Origin: an uncultured Alphaproteobacteria bacterium
Lineage (GTDB): Bacteria > Pseudomonadota > Alphaproteobacteria > Rhizobiales > Methyloligellaceae
NCBI GenBank assembly: GCA_963742355.1
Contig: CAVULQ010000005.1
Location: 774,065-806,064 of the forward strand
Length of the DNA: 32,000 bases
Reading direction: 5' to 3'
Below are positions 22,834 to 30,646 of the stretch, one piece after another. The position numbers were made by a program, and so were the translations under genes. The stretch's first letter is position 1. Each line of letters opens with the position of its first letter. The notes beneath the pieces were generated by a model. That model did no database searches, was not told the origin of the DNA, and was given only the letters and a program-made list of their open reading frames with translations.

Positions 22834-25800
22834 ATGGCGACCTTGGTTCTTGGAGCGGTCGGGTCGGCGGTCGGCGGCGCGCTACTGCCGGGCGGCGTCA
22901 GCATTCTCGGCACGACGCTCTCCGGCGCGGCACTCGGCGGCGCGCTCGGCGCGATCGGCGGCTCGGTCATCGACCAGGCGCTGCTCGGTCCGCTCGCGAA
23001 CGCCTCGGGACAGACGCGTATCGACCAGGGCCCGCGCCTGTTCGACCTCAAGCTCGGCGCCTCGAGTGAGGGTGCACCGTTGCCTCGCGTCTATGGGCGT
23101 ATGCGACTGCCCGGTCAGCTCATCTGGGCGACGCGCTTCAAAGAGGATGTGATCGTCACCACCCAGACGACTGGCGGCGGCCAAGCGAAAGGCGGCAAGA
23201 ACGTCTTCGATCAGCCAGGCGCGCACGCGCAGGGCAAGAGCGAAACCGTGCAGAGCATCGAGTACCGCTATTACGCCAACGCGGCCTATGCCGTCTGCGA
23301 AGGGGAGATCACGCGCATCGGGCGCATCTGGGCCGACGGTCAGGAGCTCCACCAATCCGACTACACGATCAGGGTCTATCGCGGCGATGAGGACCAGGAC
23401 GCCGACGGGCTGATCGCGGGCAAGGAAGGCGGCAGCGACGAGACGCCGGCCTATCGCGGCACGGCCTATGTCGTGTTCGACACCATGCCGCTTGCCGATT
23501 TCGGCAACCGGCTGCCGCAACTCAATTTCGAGGTGTTCCGCGCCGTCGACGATTTCGAGAAGCTGGTGCGGGCGGTGACGCTCATCCCAAGCGCGGGCGA
23601 GTTCGTCTACGAGGACGACAGCGTCATCCGCGTCGATGCCGGCCAAACCATCTCCGAGAATCTGCACACGGCGCAGGGTGGCACCGACTGGAAGGTCGCG
23701 CTCAATCAGCTCAAGGATCAGCTGCCAAATGCCGGCCAGGTGTCGCTGGTGGTGAGCTGGTTCGGCACGGATTTGCGCATCGGCCATTGCGAGGTGAGGC
23801 CCGGCGTCGAGGTCCCGGAGAAGACGACGCAGCCTTATGCCTGGTCGGTGGGCGGCGTCGCGCGCGAGGACGCTTACGTCGTCTCGCAAGTCGACGGGAG
23901 ACCGGCCTATGGCGGGACTCCGGCGGATAAGGCCGTGGTCTCGGCGATCCAGGACCTCAAGGCGCGCGGGCTTAGCGTGACGTTCTACCCGTTCATCTCG
24001 ATGGACGTGGCCGCCGGCAATTCACTGCCCGATCCCTATAGCGGGGAGACCGGCCAGCCGCCTTATCCCTGGCGCGGGCGCATCACCTGCGATCCGGCGC
24101 CAGGCGCCGGCGGCAGCGTGGACAAGACGGCCGCCTGCGGCAGTCAGGTCGCGGCCTTTGCGGGCGATGCCGCGGTCGCCGACTTCGACATCGCCGGCGA
24201 CACGGTGCTCTATTCAGGTCCCGACGAATGGTCATTCCGCAGGTTTATTCTGCACTATGCGCATCTCTGCGAAGCGGCGGGAGGTGTCGACGCCTTCATC
24301 ATCGGCTCGGAGATGCGGGGCGCGACCACGCTCAGGTCGGACAGCTCGACCTTTCCCTTCGTCACCGCGCTTGCGGACCTCGCGGCAGACGTGCGGAGCG
24401 TGCTGTCGCCCGGCGCCAAGATCACCTATGGGGCAGATTGGACCGAGCATCGCGGGCATCAGCCGCAAGACGGCTCGGGCGACGTCTATTTCCATCTCGA
24501 TCCGCTGTGGGCCTCGAGCGCGATCGATGCGGTCGGCATCGACGTCTATTGGCCGCTGTCCGACTGGCGCGACGGCGAGGCGCATCTCGACCATCAGGCC
24601 GGCTGGCGGTCGATCTACGACCTCGATTATCTCCGCAGCAATATCAGGGGAGGCGAAGGGTTCGATTGGTACTATCCGGCCGCGGGTGTGACGGGCAACG
24701 AGGCGAGCGTAGAGCGCATCGCGCAAACGCGGCTCTCGATCGCCGATGGTGCCTACGGGAAGCCATGGATCTACAAGCCCAAGGCGCTGAAGGAGTGGTG
24801 GCAGAACTTGCACTACGATCGCCCCGGCGGCGTCGAGTCCGGAAGCCCCACGGCGTGGGCGCCGGAAGCGAAACCGGTGTGGTTCACCGAGGTCGGCTGC
24901 CCGGCGGTGGACAAGGGCGCGAACCAGCCAAACGTGTTCATCGACCCGAAAAGCTCTGAGTCCTTCGCGCCCTATTTTTCGCGCAGCGTCAGGGACGATT
25001 TGATCCAGCGCCGCTATCTCACCGCGATCTACACTTTCTTCGATCCGACACACGAGGACTACGTCGCGGGCTCAAATCCTGTCTCGGGCACGTATGGCGG
25101 GCGCATGGTCGATATCGACCGCATCTTCGCCTACACCTGGGACGCGCGGCCCTATCCCGCATTTCCCTACGCCTTGTCGGTGTGGGCCGATGGCGGCAAT
25201 TGGGAGCTCGGCCATTGGCTGACGGGCCGAGTTGGCGGTGGCGCGCTCGCCGCGATCGTGCGGCAGATCCTCGAGGATTACGCCTTCACCCGCTACGAGG
25301 TGAGCCATCTCTACGGCTTTCTCGACGGCTTCATCATCGATCGCATCATGTCGGCGCGCGAGGCGCTTCAGCCGCTCGGGCTCGCTTATCTATTCGATGC
25401 GACAGAGTTGGGTGGGTTGATCCAGTTCGCCCATCGCGGGCTGATCGGCTCTCTAGCGACGGTCGCGCCTGACGACCTCGTCGAGACGGATGCAGAGGCG
25501 CAGCTCTATACGCTGACGCGCGGGCAGGAGACCGAGCTGCCGCTCTCGGCCAAGGTCACGTATATCGACGCAAGCCAAGACTACGCGCAAGCCGCCGTCG
25601 AGGCGCGCAAGCTTGGCGTGAGGAGCGATCGCGTGGCGGGAGCCGAGCTGCCGATCGCAATGGGCCAGGGTGCGGCGCAGGCCATCGCCGAGAGCTGGCT
25701 GCAAGACAGCTGGGCCGCACGCGAGCGCGCGAGCTTCGCTCTGCCGTCGAGCCGGCTCGCGCTCGAGCCCGGCGATGTCGTCACGCTAGGAGTGGGCAGC

Positions 25801-26895
25801 AGGACCTATCCGCTTCGCATCACCGAAACCCGCGACAGCGCGTTCAAATCCATCGAGGCGCGCTCGGTCGAGCCGTTCAGCTTCGATGCGCTGCCGACGC
25901 CGCAGCGGCGGCGACCATTCGATGTCGTCACCGTCTATGGTCCGACATCGGCATTCTTCCTCGACCTGCCGCTACTGCGCGGCGATGAGGCGCCGCAGAC
26001 GGGCTATGTCACCGCCAACGCCGATCCGTGGCCGGGCGCGGTGGCCTTCTACCGCTCGCCCTCCTTGAGCGGTTACGAGCTCAACGCTATCGTTGGCGCG
26101 CGACCGACACTCGGCAAGACAGTGTTCGGCTTCTATTCGGGACCGCTCTATCGCTACGATAAGAGCAATGTGCTCCGCGTCACGCTCGACTATGGCGAGC
26201 TTGCCTCGGTCACCGAGGAGGCGCTTCTCAACGGCGCGAACTACGCGGCGATCGAGAATGAAGATGGTGAGTGGGAGCTGATTCAGTTTCAGACGGCGAC
26301 GCTGGTCGCGCCCGCCACTTACGATCTCGAGCTCCTATTGCGCGGGCAGGGAGGTACCGAGCACGCCATGCGCAATCCAGTGGCGGGAGGTGCCCGGTTC
26401 ATTCTGATCAACAGCGCGGTGACCCCAGTCAATCTCAGGCCCGACGAGGTGGGGCTCGCGCTCAACTACAAATACGGGCCGGCCAGCGAGGGGCTCGACG
26501 AGCCGTCTTATGGAGGGGAGGCGCACGCCTTTCAGGGACTCGGCTTGAGGCCGCTCTCGCCCGTGCATCTGCAAGGGAAGCGCAACCCTGCGACTGGCGA
26601 CTGGACCTTCGTATGGACACGGAGGGCTCGGATCGGCGGCGATAGCTGGATTGGTCTCGAGGTGCCGCTCGCCGAGGAGAGCGAACTCTATCAGCTCGAT
26701 ATCCTCGCTTCGCCCGGCGGGGCGGTGAAGCGGAGCGTGGAAACCACAGCGTCGAACTATCTCTATGCGGCAGCGATGCAGACGACCGATTTCGGATCGA
26801 CGCAATGGAACGTGTCCATTCGCGTAGCGCAGATCTCGCCGAGCTATGGCCCTGGCGTGCCGGCCGAGCAGCTGACCTGGGACTATCAACACTAG
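22834..26895 (+). CDS. GTA g15 giant baseplate / host-specificity protein
   Basis: About 1350 aa. The track starts at a TTG at 22831, and an ATG lies at 22834. It has a Gly/Ala-rich N-terminus (ATLVLGAVGSAVGGALLPGG). Its size and its position after g14 fit RcGTA g15. Confidence 0.9.
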   Translation: MATLVLGAVGSAVGGALLPGGVSILGTTLSGAALGGALGAIGGSVIDQALLGPLANASGQTRIDQGPRLFDLKLGASSEGAPLPRVYGRMRLPGQLIWATRFKEDVIVTTQTTGGGQAKGGKNVFDQPGAHAQGKSETVQSIEYRYYANAAYAVCEGEITRIGRIWADGQELHQSDYTIRVYRGDEDQDADGLIAGKEGGSDETPAYRGTAYVVFDTMPLADFGNRLPQLNFEVFRAVDDFEKLVRAVTLIPSAGEFVYEDDSVIRVDAGQTISENLHTAQGGTDWKVALNQLKDQLPNAGQVSLVVSWFGTDLRIGHCEVRPGVEVPEKTTQPYAWSVGGVAREDAYVVSQVDGRPAYGGTPADKAVVSAIQDLKARGLSVTFYPFISMDVAAGNSLPDPYSGETGQPPYPWRGRITCDPAPGAGGSVDKTAACGSQVAAFAGDAAVADFDIAGDTVLYSGPDEWSFRRFILHYAHLCEAAGGVDAFIIGSEMRGATTLRSDSSTFPFVTALADLAADVRSVLSPGAKITYGADWTEHRGHQPQDGSGDVYFHLDPLWASSAIDAVGIDVYWPLSDWRDGEAHLDHQAGWRSIYDLDYLRSNIRGGEGFDWYYPAAGVTGNEASVERIAQTRLSIADGAYGKPWIYKPKALKEWWQNLHYDRPGGVESGSPTAWAPEAKPVWFTEVGCPAVDKGANQPNVFIDPKSSESFAPYFSRSVRDDLIQRRYLTAIYTFFDPTHEDYVAGSNPVSGTYGGRMVDIDRIFAYTWDARPYPAFPYALSVWADGGNWELGHWLTGRVGGGALAAIVRQILEDYAFTRYEVSHLYGFLDGFIIDRIMSAREALQPLGLAYLFDATELGGLIQFAHRGLIGSLATVAPDDLVETDAEAQLYTLTRGQETELPLSAKVTYIDASQDYAQAAVEARKLGVRSDRVAGAELPIAMGQGAAQAIAESWLQDSWAARERASFALPSSRLALEPGDVVTLGVGSRTYPLRITETRDSAFKSIEARSVEPFSFDALPTPQRRRPFDVVTVYGPTSAFFLDLPLLRGDEAPQTGYVTANADPWPGAVAFYRSPSLSGYELNAIVGARPTLGKTVFGFYSGPLYRYDKSNVLRVTLDYGELASVTEEALLNGANYAAIENEDGEWELIQFQTATLVAPATYDLELLLRGQGGTEHAMRNPVAGGARFILINSAVTPVNLRPDEVGLALNYKYGPASEGLDEPSYGGEAHAFQGLGLRPLSPVHLQGKRNPATGDWTFVWTRRARIGGDSWIGLEVPLAEESELYQLDILASPGGAVKRSVETTASNYLYAAAMQTTDFGSTQWNVSIRVAQISPSYGPGVPAEQLTWDYQH

Positions 26896-26896
26896 C

Positions 26897-27052
26897 TTTC
26901 TGCCCCATCGCGCTACCGGCCTTTGGCCTGCTTGAGCGCGATGGGGACCCATTCCGAATTTCTGCCCCTAAGCGCTACCGGCCTCTGGCCTGCTTGAGCG
27001 CGTTTCTGCCCCGCGCCCCTATCGCGCTCTGCGCTACTTGAGGGACGCGGGG
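26897..27052 (+). repeat. Three tandem or near-tandem copies of a 44-nt unit forming long hairpins, between g15 and the fibre gene
   Basis: Unit 1 (26897-26940) is TTTCTGCCCCATCGCGCTACCGGCCTTTGGCCTGCTTGAGCGCG. Unit 2 (26959-27002) is nearly identical. Unit 3 starts at 27003 and is diverged. An 11-bp perfect stem joins CCCCATCGCGC (26903-13) to GCGCGATGGGG (26936-46). A 12-bp stem with one mismatch joins 27009-20 to 27041-52. Confidence 0.8.
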
Positions 27053-27076
27053 TCCCCCGCTTCGTGAGGATTTTAC

Positions 27077-28537
27077 ATGGCTGAGGAATTGGCGAAGCTT
27101 CGCATTCCCTATATCGCCGCGGCGCAGGCGCAGAAGCACGTCACCCACAACGAGGCGATGACGCTGCTCGACACGCTCGTGCAGCTCAGCGTGCTCGACA
27201 AAGACTTGACTGCGCCGCCCATGGGCCCGGCCGAGGGCGATTGCTACATCGTAGCGGCGAGCGCGACCGGCGCATGGACCGGCTGGGACAATCGCGTTGC
27301 GCGCTATATCGACGGCGAGTGGCGCTCTTATCTGCCGGGCGCAGGTTCGGGCGCCGGCTGGCTCGCTTATGTGATCGACGAAGCAGCGCTCTATAGCTTC
27401 AATGGCACGAGCTGGATCAAATCCGGCCTGCAGCTCGAGAGCTATCTCGACCTCAGCGAGATCTCCCCGCCGTCTAACCCGGGCGCCGACGTCGGCCGCC
27501 TCTATGTCAAGGATGTCGGCGGCACGACCAAGCTCGCCTTCAAGGACCATGCGGGCACAGAGACGGTGGTTGGCAGCGGCGGCGGCGCTATCGTGCCGCC
27601 GCAGGGCCGGCTCACGCTGACCTCTGCCGTGCCGGTCCTCACCGCCGACGCCACGGCGGCCACGACCATCTATTATACGCCCTACCGCGGTACGAGCGTC
27701 CCGCTCTACGATGGAAGCGCCTGGTCGAACAATGAGCTTGCCGAGATCAGTCTCGCGCTCGACAGCAGCTCCGGCCACACCGGCTACCACCAGTCCGGCA
27801 AGACTTTCGACCTGTTCGTGTTCGACGACGCGGGCACCAAGCGGCTCGGCTCGGGGCCGGCCTGGTCGAGCGACAGCTCGCGTGGCACCGGCGCCGGCAC
27901 CACGGAACTGACGCTGCGCAACGGCCTCCTGGTCAACGCCAATTCGATCACGGCCCGCTTCGGCGCCTCATCGGGCAACACGGTCTCGGTCGCCGCCAAC
28001 AAGGCCACCTATGTAGGAAGCTTCCGCGCCTCGGCCGACGGGCAGACCCAATTCAAGCTGGGGACGATCTCGTCCAGCGCAGCGGCCGCCGCGATCAATG
28101 TGTGGAATGCCTATAACCGGCGATCGATAAAAACAAAGTCAGGCACCACCACCGACACTTGGACCTATAACAGCACGACGCCGCGCCTGCCGAACGGGGA
28201 GGCGATCCAGGCCAGCGTGCTCCAGGGTTGGCTCGAGGAGCCGGTGAGCGCGAACTATCATGCGCGGGCCAATACGACGGCCAGCAGCTCCAGCATTATC
28301 GGCATCGGCATCAACTCGACCTCGGTCAATTCCGGCCTGCCCGTGGTCTCGTCCTATCTCGGCGGCGCGACCGGCGGCAATGCCATGATCTCGCGCCATG
28401 TCGGGTATCTGCCGCTCGGCTGGAACACGGTCTCCGCCCTCGAATGGTGCTTGACAGCATCGACCGTCGATTTCTTCGGCGATGCCGGAAGTCCCGGCAA
28501 CTACCAGAACGCCCTCATCGTGGATTGGGAGTGTTGA
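27077..28537 (+). CDS. DUF2793-domain tail fibre-like protein
   Basis: 486 aa. The N-terminus IPYIAAAQAQKHVTHNEAMTLLDTLVQLSV...GDCYIV...GAWTGWDNRVARYIDGEWRSYLP matches the DUF2793 pattern I know from genes downstream of GTA g15. The C-terminal two thirds are Ser/Thr/Gly/Ala-rich. Confidence 0.8.
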   Translation: MAEELAKLRIPYIAAAQAQKHVTHNEAMTLLDTLVQLSVLDKDLTAPPMGPAEGDCYIVAASATGAWTGWDNRVARYIDGEWRSYLPGAGSGAGWLAYVIDEAALYSFNGTSWIKSGLQLESYLDLSEISPPSNPGADVGRLYVKDVGGTTKLAFKDHAGTETVVGSGGGAIVPPQGRLTLTSAVPVLTADATAATTIYYTPYRGTSVPLYDGSAWSNNELAEISLALDSSSGHTGYHQSGKTFDLFVFDDAGTKRLGSGPAWSSDSSRGTGAGTTELTLRNGLLVNANSITARFGASSGNTVSVAANKATYVGSFRASADGQTQFKLGTISSSAAAAAINVWNAYNRRSIKTKSGTTTDTWTYNSTTPRLPNGEAIQASVLQGWLEEPVSANYHARANTTASSSSIIGIGINSTSVNSGLPVVSSYLGGATGGNAMISRHVGYLPLGWNTVSALEWCLTASTVDFFGDAGSPGNYQNALIVDWEC

Positions 28538-28538
28538 C

Positions 28539-28895
28539 ATGAGCCTTGCCGCGAAACTGCACGATGCGATCGAGGCGGTGTGCCCGATCGACGGCGTGTC
28601 GATCGGCCGGTCCGACGACGCGTCCAGTTGGCGCATCGCCTTCAGGCCCGAGGCCACGAAGGAGCAGAAAGATGCGGCGCTCGCCGTCCTCGCCGCCTTC
28701 GATCCCGCAGCGCCCGAAAACCAGCCGCCACCACTCATCGACGTCGATGCTGAACTGGCGGCCATCAAGGCGCAACTCGCCAACAGCGAGACTGCCGTCG
28801 CCGAGTCTAAAGCCACGATGGCGGCGTTGATCAAGAAAGGCGTGCTCACCACGGAAGAAATCGAGACCAAGAACGACGAGAAGGCTAAACCATGA
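28539..28895 (+). CDS. Hypothetical protein (118 aa), coupled to the fibre gene
   Basis: ATG lies 2 nt after the fibre stop. The C-terminus is coiled-coil-like (AELAAIKAQLANSETAVAESKATMAALIKKG). Confidence 0.55.
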   Translation: MSLAAKLHDAIEAVCPIDGVSIGRSDDASSWRIAFRPEATKEQKDAALAVLAAFDPAAPENQPPPLIDVDAELAAIKAQLANSETAVAESKATMAALIKKGVLTTEEIETKNDEKAKP

Positions 28896-29128
28896 CCCCC
28901 ATCAGCGCCATCTATCGCGGCGTGGAGCATATGAGCGCGACCAAGGCCGCCGCGACGGGGGGTGCCGGGGCAGGAATATCGGTCGCCGCCGCTGTCATCG
29001 ATCCCGGCTCCGTGGCCCCGTGGTTGCACGTCGCCACGCTCTGCGTCGGCGGCCTGACCGGGTTGGCCTCCCTCCTGCTCGTGGTGCTTAAGATCGTGCA
29101 GCAGTGGCGCGCGATGCGCTCCGGCTAA
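28892..29128 (+). CDS. Small membrane protein (holin-like, speculative)
   Basis: ATGA overlap with the previous gene. 78 aa with hydrophobic segments GAGISVAAAVI and WLHVATLCVGGLTGLASLLLVVLKIV and a basic C-terminus. Confidence 0.45.
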   Translation: MTPISAIYRGVEHMSATKAAATGGAGAGISVAAAVIDPGSVAPWLHVATLCVGGLTGLASLLLVVLKIVQQWRAMRSG

Positions 29129-29271
29129 GCGAAGTTCCGCCCATGAACGTCCGCTGCTGGCCGAGAGATCGGCCGCCGCCAACTTGCGTGCGCCGCGTCG
29201 TCGCGCAGGCCCCCACGCATCTCGTCGTCATCACCAACGTTTTTCCCAATCCCCAGCAAAGGAGACCATCC

Positions 29272-29508
29272 ATGAACATTCTCGGCTATCTTCTCAGCGG
29301 CGGCTTCGCCAAGGGCTACCGCACTCAGATTCTAGGGCTGGGTGCAGCGCTTTCCGTCGTCGCCATGTGGGCGGTCGGCGACATGTCGCTCACCGACCTC
29401 ATTGCCAAGATGCCGGCTTTGCTTGGAGGGCTTGGCCTCGCCGCGCTCGGCGCCAAAGTCGATGACGCGAAGACCTCGGCGGGAAGCAGCGCTACCAAGG
29501 GCAAATAG
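29272..29508 (+). CDS. Small two-TM membrane protein (78 aa)
   Basis: ATG at 29272 follows AAAGGAGA. The protein reads MNILGYLLSGGFAKGYRTQILGLGAALSVVAMWAV...MPALLGGLGLAALGAKV. Confidence 0.55.
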   Translation: MNILGYLLSGGFAKGYRTQILGLGAALSVVAMWAVGDMSLTDLIAKMPALLGGLGLAALGAKVDDAKTSAGSSATKGK

Positions 29509-29532
29509 GTCCCCGAATCGACTTTGTGATAA

Positions 29533-29565
29533 GCCCGCCTCGGAGGCCGCTTCTCCTTGGCGGGC
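29533..29565 (+). terminator. Hairpin after the small membrane-protein gene (weak terminator)
   Basis: GCCCGCC..GGAG-loop-CTCC..GGCGGGC with only a short T tract after it. Confidence 0.35.
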
Positions 29566-29640
29566 TTGCTCAAGCGTTCATGCGTCGTTCATGCGCTCTC
29601 GTTTAGTGTCCGGCGCAATAAGGATAAGGGACTGGGAACG

Positions 29641-29940
29641 ATGTGGCGGGTGCTTCAGCCAATTGTCATTGCAGCGCTTGCCGCAGCTCCGTTGACGGCG
29701 GCGGTCAGGGCCGGAGAGCCGGGCTGCATCGATTGGGGCTCGGCGGCCGCGATCATCGCGCAGAACTCGCTCCTTCCCGCCAGCGTCATTTACCAGAAGG
29801 TTCAGCAGCGGACCGGCGGCAAGATCGTCAATCAGGCCCTGTGCAAGCAGGGCAATCGTTATGTCTATAGGCTCGTCGTGCTCGGGCCGACGGGAGCGGT
29901 GACCAACCTCACCGTTGACGCTGCTACCGGGCAGTTTTAA
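29641..29940 (+). CDS. PepSY-domain periplasmic protein
   Basis: ATG at 29641 within track ORF 29557..29940. It has a signal peptide. QALCKQGNRYVYRLVVLGPTGAVTNLTVDAATGQ is the typical PepSY end. It lies directly upstream of a two-component system. Confidence 0.7.
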   Translation: MWRVLQPIVIAALAAAPLTAAVRAGEPGCIDWGSAAAIIAQNSLLPASVIYQKVQQRTGGKIVNQALCKQGNRYVYRLVVLGPTGAVTNLTVDAATGQF

Positions 29941-29974
29941 GGGACAAAGGTCCCAAGCCGGGAGGACATCGACT

Positions 29975-30646
29975 TTGCGACTTCTCGTCGTCGAGGACGA
30001 TCCAGACCTGAACCGCCAGCTCGTCACCGCGCTGAGCGATGCAGGCTATGCCGTCGACACGGCCTTCGACGGAGAGGAGGGGCAGTTCCTGGGCGACACC
30101 GAGCCCTACGACGCCGTCGTGCTCGATCTCGGCCTGCCCAAGAAAGACGGACTTAGCGTTCTCGAGCAATGGCGGCGCGATGAACGCAAGATGCCGGTGC
30201 TGATCCTCACCGCGCGCGAGCGGTGGAGCGACAAGGTTGCCGGCATGGATGCCGGCGCCGACGATTATGTCGCCAAGCCCTTCCACATGGAGGAGGTGCT
30301 GGCGCGCTTGCGCGCGCTGCTCCGGCGCGCGGCAGGGCACGCGAGCAACGAGATGGAATGCGGCCCGCTCCGTCTCGACACCAAGACGGCACGCGTCACC
30401 GTCGACGGCCAAGCGGTGAAGCTAACCTCGCACGAGTACCGCGTGCTCGCTTATCTCATGTTGCACCGGGCCCGCGTCGTGTCGCGCACCGAGCTCGTCG
30501 AGCATCTCTACGAGCAGGATTTCGACCGCGATTCGAACACGGTCGAAGTGTTCATCGGGCGGTTGCGCAAGAAGCTTCCCATGGATCTCATCAAGACTGT
30601 CCGCGGGCTTGGCTATCGCCTCTCGGACGCCGACGATGAGGTTTAA
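29975..30646 (+). CDS. OmpR-family response regulator
   Basis: TTG start follows GGGAGGA and gives (M)RLLVVEDDPDL. The receiver has VVLDLGLPKKDG. The winged-helix C-terminus has TVEVFIGRLRKKL and VRGLGYRL. Confidence 0.9.
   Translation: MRLLVVEDDPDLNRQLVTALSDAGYAVDTAFDGEEGQFLGDTEPYDAVVLDLGLPKKDGLSVLEQWRRDERKMPVLILTARERWSDKVAGMDAGADDYVAKPFHMEEVLARLRALLRRAAGHASNEMECGPLRLDTKTARVTVDGQAVKLTSHEYRVLAYLMLHRARVVSRTELVEHLYEQDFDRDSNTVEVFIGRLRKKLPMDLIKTVRGLGYRLSDADDEV

Noticed and set aside
20587-29182. Several long - strand ORFs (20587..21579, 22882..23889, 24232..25053, 26335..26952, 26975..27790, 28139..29182)
   Set aside because: All are antisense shadows of g13, g15 or the DUF2793 gene, with no RBS and no recognisable domains.
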